DNA from: Candidatus Omnitrophota bacterium
Lineage (GTDB): Bacteria > Omnitrophota > Gorgyraeia > Gygaellales > Profunditerraquicolaceae
Direction of reading: 5' to 3'
Assembly: GCA_041651035.1 (NCBI GenBank)
Contig: JBAZKC010000001.1
Span: 62,871 to 126,870 of the forward strand
Length of the DNA stretch: 64,000 nucleotides
Part shown: in pieces, positions 27,889 to 37,250 of the stretch
Position numbering within the stretch: position 1 is the first letter of the stretch
Layout: the number at the start of each line of letters is the position of its first letter
Translations under genes and position numbers: made by a program
Notes under the pieces: generated by a model
What the model was told of the DNA's origin: nothing
Seen by the model: the letters and a program-made list of their open reading frames with translations, nothing else
Databases searched by the model: none

Positions 27889-28697
27889 CTTTTAAACCTT
27901 TTCCTCATTATAGCTACGCGGTCGGCGGGTTGTTCCCTGATATCATAGCCGGTTAATTTAAGGAACGCTTTCTCCAGGGAATCCGCTTCCGACTTCCTCT
28001 TGATTTCTTCGGAAGATTCTTCAATCAATATCTTGCCCCTATCAATGATCGCGATGCGTGTAGCAGCCTTCTCCGCTTCATCAAGGTTATGCGTAGTAAA
28101 GAATATGGTAACACCCTCCTCCTTATTTATTTTATTTATATGCGCCCAGAAGAAATTCCTTGTCTGGATATCCAGGCCCAGCGTAGGTTCATCAAGAAAC
28201 AAAATCTTTGGATGGTGTAACAATCCCCTGGCAATCTCAACCCTTCTTTTCATCCCCCCGGAAAAGTTTTTTACTAGATCGCGCTTTCTGTCAAGCAGGC
28301 CTACATTATCCAGAAGTTTCTCAATCCTGATTTTTCTTTCTGCTCCGGGGATTTTATAAAGGACCGCGTGGTAATAAAGGTTTTCATACGCGGTTAAGTC
28401 ATCGTCTAAAGTATGATCCTGGAATATAACCCCTATGGAACTTCTGACTTCATCCTTCTCGGTAAGCGCGTCAAACCCGCCTACTTTCATACTGCCTGCG
28501 CTCGGAGACAGGATGGTTGTGAGCATTTTAATAGTAGTGGACTTTCCCGCTCCGTTGGGGCCGAGAAAAGCAAAAATCATACCTTCCGGCACCGAAAATG
28601 ACACCCGGTCTACCGCGCAGAAATCCCCAAAATTTTTAGTAAGATTATTTACTTCTATCATGTTCATTTGATTTATACGCCCCGGAAAATCCGGCAT
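27885..28697 (-). CDS. ABC transporter ATP-binding protein (ABC-2 exporter type)
   Basis: GPNGAGKST, FSGGMKRRVEIAR, LFLDEPT. Confidence 0.85.
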   Translation of the reverse strand: MPDFPGRINQMNMIEVNNLTKNFGDFCAVDRVSFSVPEGMIFAFLGPNGAGKSTTIKMLTTILSPSAGSMKVGGFDALTEKDEVRSSIGVIFQDHTLDDDLTAYENLYYHAVLYKIPGAERKIRIEKLLDNVGLLDRKRDLVKNFSGGMKRRVEIARGLLHHPKILFLDEPTLGLDIQTRNFFWAHINKINKEEGVTIFFTTHNLDEAEKAATRIAIIDRGKILIEESSEEIKRKSEADSLEKAFLKLTGYDIREQPADRVAIMRKRFKR

Positions 28698-28702
28698 CCT
28701 GC

Positions 28703-28996
28703 TTATGTAATTTCCTCCAAACCCCAGACAAAAGCCTTAATTCCTTCTTTGCCAAGTTTATTACGCAGTTCCCGCACGCAAAGAAGGAATTGTCCCTCTT
28801 GCGCCTCATCAGCTGCTATCAAAATAATATTATTCCTGCCGGGCCAGATATCATCTCCCAGGTGTGTTCCCGAAGCCTCGCCGCGGCCAAAAGCCCCGTT
28901 GATTTTGGTGTAATTCTTCAAGGCGCTTTTTTTCATAGCCTGCCCTACTTCTTCTTCAATCGCTTCATTATAAGAAACCAGAATCATTTTTTTCAT
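28703..28996 (-). CDS. Small hypothetical protein (97 aa) directly upstream of the RND pump gene
   Basis: No recognisable motif. May belong to a small alpha/beta family linked to heavy-metal efflux, but I cannot confirm this. Confidence 0.35.
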   Translation of the reverse strand: MKKMILVSYNEAIEEEVGQAMKKSALKNYTKINGAFGRGEASGTHLGDDIWPGRNNIILIAADEAQEGQFLLCVRELRNKLGKEGIKAFVWGLEEIT

Positions 28997-28998
28997 AA

Positions 28999-31900
28999 TT
29001 AAGCTCCGTTAGAATTATTTTTCTTTATTCTCTCCTCAAATACCGCATATAACGTTGGCACGAATAACATGGTGACGAAAGTAGAAAGCGTCAAGCCGCT
29101 GACCATGGTAATACCTAAAGGCTGCCACATCTCCGATCCTTCGCCTGTAGATATAGCCATAGGCAATAAACCTACCAAAGTAGTAATGGTAGTCATAAGC
29201 ACCGGCCTTAATCTTTCCTTCCCTCCTATAGTAACCGCTTCAAGCATAGAAAGGCCTCTTGCCCGCAATATATTTATATAGCTTACCAAAACAATGGCAT
29301 TGTTTACCACGACCCCCATCAACATGACAATGCCTAAGAAACTATAAATATTCAACGTAGCGCCGGTTAATATGAATCCCAGGATTACGCCGGTAAAGGT
29401 AAAAGGAATAGCGAACATAATAATAAAAGGGTCTATCAAAGACTCAAACTGCGCTACCATAACCATATAGACCAAAACAGCGCCTAAAATAAGCAAAAGC
29501 ATTAAATCGCTGAAAGCCTTGGACTGCTCTTCAATTGAACCTCCGAATTCTATCGTAACATCAGAAGGTATGGTCATTTTACGCAATTCATTCTTGATAT
29601 CCTCGGTAACTTTACCCATCGGCCGTTTATAAGTATTGCATTCTACCCTGGCCACCCTTTCCCTGTTCTTACGTTCAATCTCAAGCGGGCCGCTTGTTTC
29701 ATAGACCCGCGCGATACTGCTTAATTTCACCTGTTTTCCGCTATCAGGGGAAACAATTGACAGGTTCTTTACATCTTCCGGATTTGCCCGGAATTTTTCT
29801 TCCAAGCGCACATATATATCATATGTCTCGCCTTTCTCGCGATATTTTGTGGCTGCTATTCCATCCACAAAGGCCTTGACGCTGTCGGCAATTGTGCTCA
29901 TATCAATTCCCAATGCCGCCGCTTTCTCGCGGTTTACCTCAATCCTTATTTCGGGGCGGTTTATTTCCCGGGAAATCGTTACATCTACGGCGCCGGGGAT
30001 CTTCTCCATGGCTTCTTTCAATTTATTAGCAACGCCATCGGTAGCTTCAAAAGAATGCCCTATAATTTCAACCTGGATCTGCTTGCTTGTTGAACCGGTG
30101 ATCATAGTAAGTATGTTTACGGGGCTGCTTGTTGAAATGTCTGTCTTTACGACGCCGGGGATCTGCTTGATCTTGTTCCTGACGATCTGCGCTATTTCTT
30201 TGGAAGAACGTTTTCTTTCCGTCTTTGGCAGCAGCTTAGCGCCCCCTCCTATAATATGGCTTCCAGTAGAATGCCCCATTACCGCGCCTAAACCTGTACT
30301 CTGGCCAAACCGCACATAAAGAAACCTTTCCTCGGGGACATCGCGCTTTAAGATATCTTCTATCCGGATTGCTACTTTATCGGTCTCTTCAACCCGCGTT
30401 CCTATCGGCAGACTAACGTTGGGACGGACATATCCGCTGTCTTGTTCGGGGATAAATTCAGTGCCGATGAACTTTGCCCAAAATAAGCTTATGGCAAATA
30501 TCCCTATAAATCCCAATATCACGATTTTCTTATGGCGCAGGCACCAGGCTAAACTCTTTGCGTACAACTCTTCCCAGGATTTAAACCAGTTTTCGGAAAT
30601 TTGATAAAACCTCCCGAAAAACTTATTTCTTTTATTGCCGCCATTATCGACCTTAAGCCACTTGGAACAAAGCATCGGGCTGAAAGTCGCGGCAGTAAAA
30701 AGAGAAGCTATAAGCGTGACCGTTACAACCATTGCCAGATCTCCGAAGATAATGCTTATAACTCCTGTAGTAAAAAGCATAGGGAGAAAAACAACTATAG
30801 TAGTAAGGGAAGACGCGGCGATGGACAAAAACATCTCCGATGTCCCGAAAATAGCCGCTTCCCTCGGCTTTTGCCCTCTATCAAGATGCCGGGATACGTT
30901 ATCCACAACTACTATAGCGTTATCCACAACCATGCCTATAGCGATGATCAAAGAAGAAAGGCTGATAGTATTTATGGTCTTTCCGCTTATGAACAAATAG
31001 ATAAAGGCTATTAATATTGAAAAAGGAATAGTAAAAGCAATGACCAAGCTCGGCAGGAACCGCCTTAAGAAGAACCAAACTACCAAAATTACCAAAACGC
31101 CGCTTTGCCAAATTGTGTTTTTTAATGTGTTCAGTGAATCAATAATATCTTTTGAGCCATCCATTATAACGGTGATCTTTACATCATGGGGCAATGTTTT
31201 TTCCAGCTGCTTTAGCTTATCTTTAATGCGCGCGGCAACTTCAACCGTATTGCTGCCGCTTTGCTTCTGGATCATCATCAGAAGTCCGTCTTTTCGGCTT
31301 ATCCGGACAAATTCGGTCATTTCTTTGTAGCCATCTTCAATCCTGGCTACATCCTTAAGATAAATAAGATTGCCCTTGCGCTTGCCCAGTATAACCAATT
31401 TTATTTCATCGGGAGTGGCAAACTCTCCGGGGATACGCAGGAGATAATCAGTAAGGCCGGATTTTATATTACCGGCTGGTTGAGATACGTTCTCTTTTTT
31501 TAAAGCCTCTTTTATATCCAGAATGGAAAACCCATATCCTTCAAGTCTGTACCTGTCTATCCAGATATTGATCTGCCGCTGCAGGCCTCCAATAAGCTGA
31601 ACTGTGCCCACTCCGGCGATCTGCTGTAAAGGGTCCACTACTTTCTTATCAATTAGATCGTATAAGCCGGGATAACTCTCAACGGCGGTAATTCCCACAA
31701 AAAGAACCGGCATATTTGAAGTATTAAACTTGAAAAGATACGGATTATCCATTTCATCCGGGATATCGGGAAGGTTTTTCTTGGCCAGGTCAATCCGGTC
31801 GCGGATATCATTGGAAGCCTCATCAAGGTTTGAATTCCATTTGAATTTAAGCGCGATTACCGATATACCTTCCATTGAACGCGAAGTGATCTTCTCTAAA

Positions 31901-32127
31901 CCGGGAGTAGTGGATAGCTGATTTTCCAAAGGCTCGGTTACCTTTATTTCTACGTCTTCAGGGCTGGCACCGGAATAAGTAGAGACTACAGAAATAGACG
32001 GAGCTTCTATTTCAGGCATTGAATCTATGCTTAAACGGCTAAGGCTATAGAATGCCAAAATGAGCACCGCTGAGAAAATCATTAAATTCGTAAACGGCCT
32101 TTTAACGCCGAATTCTGGTAGATTCAT
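28999..32127 (-). CDS. RND efflux transporter (AcrB/CzcA superfamily)
   Basis: 1042 aa, 12-TM with two large periplasmic loops. N-terminus FTNLMIFSAVLILAFYSL...IDSMPEIEAP. Confidence 0.9.
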   Translation of the reverse strand: MNLPEFGVKRPFTNLMIFSAVLILAFYSLSRLSIDSMPEIEAPSISVVSTYSGASPEDVEIKVTEPLENQLSTTPGLEKITSRSMEGISVIALKFKWNSNLDEASNDIRDRIDLAKKNLPDIPDEMDNPYLFKFNTSNMPVLFVGITAVESYPGLYDLIDKKVVDPLQQIAGVGTVQLIGGLQRQINIWIDRYRLEGYGFSILDIKEALKKENVSQPAGNIKSGLTDYLLRIPGEFATPDEIKLVILGKRKGNLIYLKDVARIEDGYKEMTEFVRISRKDGLLMMIQKQSGSNTVEVAARIKDKLKQLEKTLPHDVKITVIMDGSKDIIDSLNTLKNTIWQSGVLVILVVWFFLRRFLPSLVIAFTIPFSILIAFIYLFISGKTINTISLSSLIIAIGMVVDNAIVVVDNVSRHLDRGQKPREAAIFGTSEMFLSIAASSLTTIVVFLPMLFTTGVISIIFGDLAMVVTVTLIASLFTAATFSPMLCSKWLKVDNGGNKRNKFFGRFYQISENWFKSWEELYAKSLAWCLRHKKIVILGFIGIFAISLFWAKFIGTEFIPEQDSGYVRPNVSLPIGTRVEETDKVAIRIEDILKRDVPEERFLYVRFGQSTGLGAVMGHSTGSHIIGGGAKLLPKTERKRSSKEIAQIVRNKIKQIPGVVKTDISTSSPVNILTMITGSTSKQIQVEIIGHSFEATDGVANKLKEAMEKIPGAVDVTISREINRPEIRIEVNREKAAALGIDMSTIADSVKAFVDGIAATKYREKGETYDIYVRLEEKFRANPEDVKNLSIVSPDSGKQVKLSSIARVYETSGPLEIERKNRERVARVECNTYKRPMGKVTEDIKNELRKMTIPSDVTIEFGGSIEEQSKAFSDLMLLLILGAVLVYMVMVAQFESLIDPFIIMFAIPFTFTGVILGFILTGATLNIYSFLGIVMLMGVVVNNAIVLVSYINILRARGLSMLEAVTIGGKERLRPVLMTTITTLVGLLPMAISTGEGSEMWQPLGITMVSGLTLSTFVTMLFVPTLYAVFEERIKKNNSNGA

Positions 32128-32159
32128 GTTTTACCCTTTCTTAGAATAATTTATTATTT

Positions 32160-33059
32160 TTACTGCCCTATCAATACCAAAGCTCCTTCATATAGCTGCT
32201 GCTGGCCCATTACCACTACCATATCGCCATCCTTCAGGCCGTCAACAACTTCACAATACGCTCCTTGCCGGACGCCTGTTTTAATGCTTTTCTGGCAGGC
32301 AATATTGTCTCTGATAATATACACATACGCCTGCGGCTCTTTACCCATGATCGCTTCTTTGGGGATTACCACGGCGTTTTCATGCTCTTCCAGAACCAAC
32401 TGCACCTGAACGAACATACCGGATTTCAAACGATGGTCGCTGTTGGAGATGGTTATTTCTATCGGGGCAGTGCGCGTTTCAAGGTCCAATACCGGGCTGA
32501 CTTTTGAAACAGTGCCGGTGAATTTTTCATCCGGATAAGCCTGAAGGCTCATTTCAGCGGATTGCCCAAGATTGACTTTCGGCAGATATTCTTCCGGAAT
32601 ATCTAAGTCAACGCGCACCTTATCCATATTCACGACTAAAGCTACGGGGTCCTGGATCGTCACGTTTGTTCCTATATCCACATAAACCCGGCCTATAGTG
32701 CCGGTAAGCGGGCTTTCTACGGGGGCCTTTTCAAATTTAAAGCCAACTTCATCCCTGTCAACATAAACTATCACATCGCCTTTCTTTACGCTGCTGCCTT
32801 CGTCTAAGACTTTTTCAATGATCTTTCCGTTAACTTTAGGATAAACCTTAGCCTCATCCAGGGCTTTGATGTCTCCGGCGTAATCAAGGGTATTCTTTAT
32901 GCCTTGAAGTTCTACCCGTATTATCTTAACGGGGATGGTTTCTTTTTCAACTACGGCCTCTTTTTTAGGCTGGCATCCTGAAAGAACAAAGACAGCAATA
33001 AATATCAGGATTCCACCTAAAGAAGAAATTGTTTTCTTGGACATTTTTCTACTCCTCAA
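32160..33059 (-). CDS. RND efflux membrane fusion protein (periplasmic adaptor lipoprotein)
   Basis: 299 aa with lipobox LSGCQ and a biotinyl-like / beta-barrel pattern. Confidence 0.8.
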   Translation of the reverse strand: MRSRKMSKKTISSLGGILIFIAVFVLSGCQPKKEAVVEKETIPVKIIRVELQGIKNTLDYAGDIKALDEAKVYPKVNGKIIEKVLDEGSSVKKGDVIVYVDRDEVGFKFEKAPVESPLTGTIGRVYVDIGTNVTIQDPVALVVNMDKVRVDLDIPEEYLPKVNLGQSAEMSLQAYPDEKFTGTVSKVSPVLDLETRTAPIEITISNSDHRLKSGMFVQVQLVLEEHENAVVIPKEAIMGKEPQAYVYIIRDNIACQKSIKTGVRQGAYCEVVDGLKDGDMVVVMGQQQLYEGALVLIGQ

Positions 33060-34635
33060 TTTTCACGTCGTTTTTAGCCAGAGTAAGCCCGGCTGACTTA
33101 TCTAAGTTTATAAGGGCGATATTATAATCAATTAACGCCTGCACGTAATCAAGCTCTGATTGAGATAATTTATCCTGATAATCCAGTATATCGTGCGTTG
33201 AAACATGCCCTGTCGCGTAACGTTCCTTTTGCGCCTCGTAGTTCTGGATCTCTTTTTCCCTGGAAAGCTTAGCTACTTCAACCTGGCGGTACTGGGTTTT
33301 CGTAAGCCTAACCTTATCTCTGACCTCCAGAATGATATTCTGCTCCAGTTGCTTAAAAGCTAATAATGCCTGGGCTTTTTCAAGCTTACGCTGGTCATAT
33401 TTTGCCCTCTCAGCGCCGCCCCAGGGTATGCTCACCTTAACTCCGGCACTCCAGTCCTGATAATTTGAATTGGATTTTCCAAGCGCCGACTGATAATCTT
33501 GGCCTAATCCGTTTAAGCCAAGGCTGCCCACTAAGTCAATTATAGGCAAGAGGGTGTTTTTCTCAGCCATAATCTTAATATCATGGCTTTCCAAATTGAT
33601 TTTTCCGGCTTTATAGTCCGGCCTGTATTGAAAAGCGTCCTTGAGGCTCTTGAGCAAATCCACTTCCCGCCGGATAAATTCAGGCTTATCTATCAACTCT
33701 ATTTGCGCGTTCCAAACTTCCGGGTCATCCACCAGCCCGATTACAAGTTTCAAATCATCCTCCGCCTTTTTAAGCGACGCTTCAGCGGAAAGCACGGCTT
33801 TTTCTCTCTGGGCTGCGGCGGCTTCGGTTTCTAATAAATCAACCGAACTAATCAGACCCTTGGCATACCTGGCTTTGTTTATTTCTACCAGATCCCTTGC
33901 CCGCTCATGCGAAAGCCTATCTATTGAATACTTCTCCAGATAAAATATATAATTATAGTAGGCGGTCTTAGCTTTACTGACAATATCCATAACCGTATTT
34001 ATAAAGCCTTCTTCCGACGCCTTTTGGTTGTTTCTGGCAACCATTATATCGGCCGTATTTACCGCGGCCCCGAAACTCCTGAATAACGGCTGGGTAATTG
34101 TAACCTTCGGTTCGGTTGCATAATAAGGATTATAAATTTGATACGATGAATCACTCTTATACCGCTCATTCAGGAACTCAACATTATACTTGGTACCTGT
34201 AGTCAGCTTTCCGGACACTCCGATATTAAAGGTTGTGTCCTGGGAATTAAATTTATCCGCTCCTTGTAAAATACTTGACGCTATTTCAGTTTCATCATGG
34301 ATGTTGAATTCAGACGTTAGGGTAGGCTCAAAAGCCGCCCTGGCTATCTCTATATCATCTTTTCTTAGTTTCGGCTCTATCTTCTTTATCAATATGTCTT
34401 TGTTATTCTTTAATGAATACAGTATGCAATCAACCAGTCCGATCCTTAATACCTTACTCTGGACACCGCTGGCGATAAAAAGCGTCTTCTCTATTTCTGC
34501 CTGCCTCAGGCTGTCTCCGGGTTTATTAAAACCCCTATCGGAAGCAAAGAAGGCGCGGGGAGAAATTAACAAAACTAACAGCAGCGCTGATAAGACGCGG
34601 GTGGTTTTAACAAAAATGTTCCTGGCATTACTCAT
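33049..34635 (-). CDS. TolC-family outer membrane factor of the RND system
   Basis: 528 aa with a signal peptide and two OEP repeats. Confidence 0.75.
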   Translation of the reverse strand: MSNARNIFVKTTRVLSALLLVLLISPRAFFASDRGFNKPGDSLRQAEIEKTLFIASGVQSKVLRIGLVDCILYSLKNNKDILIKKIEPKLRKDDIEIARAAFEPTLTSEFNIHDETEIASSILQGADKFNSQDTTFNIGVSGKLTTGTKYNVEFLNERYKSDSSYQIYNPYYATEPKVTITQPLFRSFGAAVNTADIMVARNNQKASEEGFINTVMDIVSKAKTAYYNYIFYLEKYSIDRLSHERARDLVEINKARYAKGLISSVDLLETEAAAAQREKAVLSAEASLKKAEDDLKLVIGLVDDPEVWNAQIELIDKPEFIRREVDLLKSLKDAFQYRPDYKAGKINLESHDIKIMAEKNTLLPIIDLVGSLGLNGLGQDYQSALGKSNSNYQDWSAGVKVSIPWGGAERAKYDQRKLEKAQALLAFKQLEQNIILEVRDKVRLTKTQYRQVEVAKLSREKEIQNYEAQKERYATGHVSTHDILDYQDKLSQSELDYVQALIDYNIALINLDKSAGLTLAKNDVKIEE

Positions 34636-34644
34636 GTTTTTATC

Positions 34645-34887
34645 TTATTTGCCTTTGGAAATCTCTCTCTTTAAATTCGTTACGTGTTTCTCAAAAAGCT
34701 CTAAAACCTTGCTAAATTCGTCTTCGGGTATAATACTGATTATCCTCTCATGGTTAGGTGGGCCGGAGATGGCTATCACGCTGTCTCCCGGCTTAATATT
34801 CATCATCTTCCTGGCTTCCGCGGGAATAACGATCTGGCCTTTTGTGCCTACCGGTATCTTACCGAAAAACTTAGGGAATTTGCTCAT
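34645..34887 (-). CDS. AbrB/MazE/SpoVT-family DNA-binding protein
   Basis: 80 aa. GQIVIPAEARKMMNIKPGDSV swapped-hairpin motif. Confidence 0.7.
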   Translation of the reverse strand: MSKFPKFFGKIPVGTKGQIVIPAEARKMMNIKPGDSVIAISGPPNHERIISIIPEDEFSKVLELFEKHVTNLKREISKGK

Positions 34888-35059
34888 TTTTATCCTCTCT
34901 TCCTTTATAATTGCCTTAGCATATATTTATCTTGGTATGACTGGTATGAAAAGTATTACTTTCTATACAAAACATACCACATCCATGCTTATTTGTCAAT
35001 ATTTTTTTATTTTGGGAAGCGATTTGGCTGGAAACGGAGCCGCGGGATAGCGGGCTGGT

Positions 35060-36346
35060 TTATTTAAATATCTCCGCTAAGTCATTCTCTGGCGTAGTGA
35101 TTAATTTTAATCCGAATCTTTCCTGTATAAGCTTCAGCACGTTCGGCGAAATAAATGCCGGGGCGGTCGGGCCGACGCGTATCCCCTGGATATTCAGGTA
35201 TAATAAGGTAAGCAGTATCGCCACCGCCTTCTGTTCAAACCAGGAAAGGATTATAGAAAGCGGGAGCTCGTTTATGCCGCAGTTAAACGCCTTAGATAAC
35301 GCGGATACCAGTTGTATGGCCGAATAGGCATTGTTGCATTGGCCGATATCTATTAACCGCGGGATGCCGTCAATTTCACCGAAATCCAGCTTATTAAAAC
35401 GGTATTTACCGCAGGCAAGCGTAAGGATAAGGCAATCTCCAGGCACATTTTTAGCTAATTCAGAGTAATAGTTACGCCCCGGCTTTGCCCCATCGCATCC
35501 TCCGATCAAGAAAAAACGCCGGATCTTGCCTGCCTTTACCGCTCCTATGATCTTATCGGCAATACTTAAGATCGCCGTGTGGTGAAAACCGGTCATGACC
35601 GCCTTACCGGGCTTATCGGGAAGCGGCGGCAAAGATTTCGCTTTAGTAATTAACGCGGAAAAATCCCTATTATTTAAGTGCAAAGCACCTTCTACTCCGG
35701 TTATACCTATGGTAAATAAACGGCCCAAATAGGTATTCTCCGGCGGGATCAATACGCAGTTAGTGGTAGCTAAGATCGCTCCGCTGAATTCGTTAAATTC
35801 TTTTTTTTGTTCCTGCCAGGCGCCGCCGTAATTACCCGCGAGATGTTTAAATTTTTTTAATTCTGGATAGCCATGCGCGGGAAGCATCTCCGAATGAGTA
35901 TAAATATTTACTCCCGTGCCCTCGGTCTGTTTAAGCAGCTCATAAAGGTCCAGTAAGTCATGGCCGGTCACTAAGATACCCGGGCCCTTACGCGTTCCTG
36001 TATCAACCAGCACAGGCGCGGGATTACCGAATCTCTGCGTGTGCGCCTTATCCAGGAGTTCCATTATTCTTAAATTCATCCCGCCGCATTTTAAAACCAT
36101 CTCTATATATTGTTCGGTATTAAAGCTTACGTTGGTTATGGTCTTAAACAATGCCTCATGCATGAAGGCGTCTACCACCTCATCCCTGGCGCCGAGTTCC
36201 CTAGCATGGAACGCGTAGGCAGCTATACCCTTTAAACCAAATAATAATAGATCTTGCAGGCTTTGAATATCCGCGCTCTTGCCGCAGACGCCGATCTTTG
36301 TGCAGCCGCTTCCGCCGGCTGTCTGTTCACACTGGTAACAAAACAT
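35060..36346 (-). CDS. hcp: Hybrid cluster protein / hydroxylamine reductase Hcp (short class-3-like form)
   Basis: 428 aa starting MFCYQCEQT...GCTKIGVCGK (CX2CX8CX5C cubane motif). Hybrid-cluster ligand pattern downstream. Confidence 0.85.
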   Translation of the reverse strand: MFCYQCEQTAGGSGCTKIGVCGKSADIQSLQDLLLFGLKGIAAYAFHARELGARDEVVDAFMHEALFKTITNVSFNTEQYIEMVLKCGGMNLRIMELLDKAHTQRFGNPAPVLVDTGTRKGPGILVTGHDLLDLYELLKQTEGTGVNIYTHSEMLPAHGYPELKKFKHLAGNYGGAWQEQKKEFNEFSGAILATTNCVLIPPENTYLGRLFTIGITGVEGALHLNNRDFSALITKAKSLPPLPDKPGKAVMTGFHHTAILSIADKIIGAVKAGKIRRFFLIGGCDGAKPGRNYYSELAKNVPGDCLILTLACGKYRFNKLDFGEIDGIPRLIDIGQCNNAYSAIQLVSALSKAFNCGINELPLSIILSWFEQKAVAILLTLLYLNIQGIRVGPTAPAFISPNVLKLIQERFGLKLITTPENDLAEIFK

Positions 36347-36347
36347 T

Positions 36348-36752
36348 TTAATCCTCCTTTAACAAAGAAGCCAGGGTAAGGCTCTTTAATTCAGATACAA
36401 CATAGCGTTCAATATTACTGATCTTCTTCCTTAACGGGCAGGTAAGCCGGTTTGGGCAAGGCCTTCGTTTTAAAAGGCATTCGTTAAGCCTAAATTTTCC
36501 CTGAAAAACTTCCATTAGTTCCAATAAATAAATCTTTTTAGGATCCGCCGCCAGGCTGAATCCGCCGCTTTTGCCTTTAATTGATTTGATGATACCTTTT
36601 TTATTCAGCGCCTGCAGTATCTTGCGCAGGAACGGCCGGGGAATCCTTAATTTTCCGGCTAATTCTCCGGCAGAAACCACTGCTTTCTTAGACGAAGCAA
36701 TAGATGCCAGCGCCCTTACGGCGTAGTCCGTATCCCTGGTAATCAGTTTCAT
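36348..36752 (-). CDS. Rrf2-family transcriptional regulator (NsrR/IscR-like, 3-Cys)
   Basis: 134 aa. N-terminal wHTH plus CPNRLTCP...C cysteines. Immediately upstream of hcp. Confidence 0.8.
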   Translation of the reverse strand: MKLITRDTDYAVRALASIASSKKAVVSAGELAGKLRIPRPFLRKILQALNKKGIIKSIKGKSGGFSLAADPKKIYLLELMEVFQGKFRLNECLLKRRPCPNRLTCPLRKKISNIERYVVSELKSLTLASLLKED

Positions 36753-36777
36753 TCTACTCTCCTTATTCTTGGTTATA

Positions 36778-36798
36778 ATGATACCACAAGAGTATCAT
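36778..36798. promoter_or_regulatory. Inverted repeat ATGATAC-N7-GTATCAT in the Rrf2-hcp promoter region (candidate operator)
   Basis: 7-bp perfect arms overlapping a TATAAT-like hexamer. Lies 26 bp upstream of the Rrf2 start codon. Confidence 0.35.
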
Positions 36799-36857
36799 TT
36801 GTCAAGAAAAAAATACTTCGAGCTCTTACCCTCCCGCTCTCACCTTGCCCTTAGGGA

Positions 36858-37232
36858 TCAAATAACTATTTTCTCGATACATCTGATAAGTTCCTCCGTG
36901 GTTACCGGCTTAGCCAGAAAATGGTATCCGTTAATAAGCCCTTTGCCTTTTTCTACATCCTCTTTCGTGGCGATCGCGGTTAGAAAAACTATAGGAATAT
37001 CCCTGGTAGACTCATCATCATTAAGCTGGAAAGCTACATCTCCGCCATCCATATCCGGCATAACGATATCCAGTAAGATCAAGTTAGGTTTAAATTCCTT
37101 GACGGCGGCAAGGACATTTAACCCCTCATTCTCTGTCCTTACTTCATAGCTGCCAGCTGCCTCGAGATTTATTTTTACTAAATGCGTAAAATCTGCTTCA
37201 TCGTCAACAATTAATATCCTCTTCTTAGCCAT
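36858..37232 (-). CDS. Single-domain response regulator (CheY-like)
   Basis: 124 aa. DDE pocket, D in LLDIVMPDMDG, K in AKP. Confidence 0.8.
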   Translation of the reverse strand: MAKKRILIVDDEADFTHLVKINLEAAGSYEVRTENEGLNVLAAVKEFKPNLILLDIVMPDMDGGDVAFQLNDDESTRDIPIVFLTAIATKEDVEKGKGLINGYHFLAKPVTTEELIRCIEKIVI

Positions 37233-37250
37233 ATCTCCACCTCTCTCTTT

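Noticed and set aside
34190-35050. 286-aa plus-strand ORF spanning the TolC-like end, the AbrB gene and the intergenic region
   Set aside because: Its translation is low-complexity (S/L/I-rich). It overlaps two minus-strand genes that have clear family signatures, so it is a typical antisense artefact.
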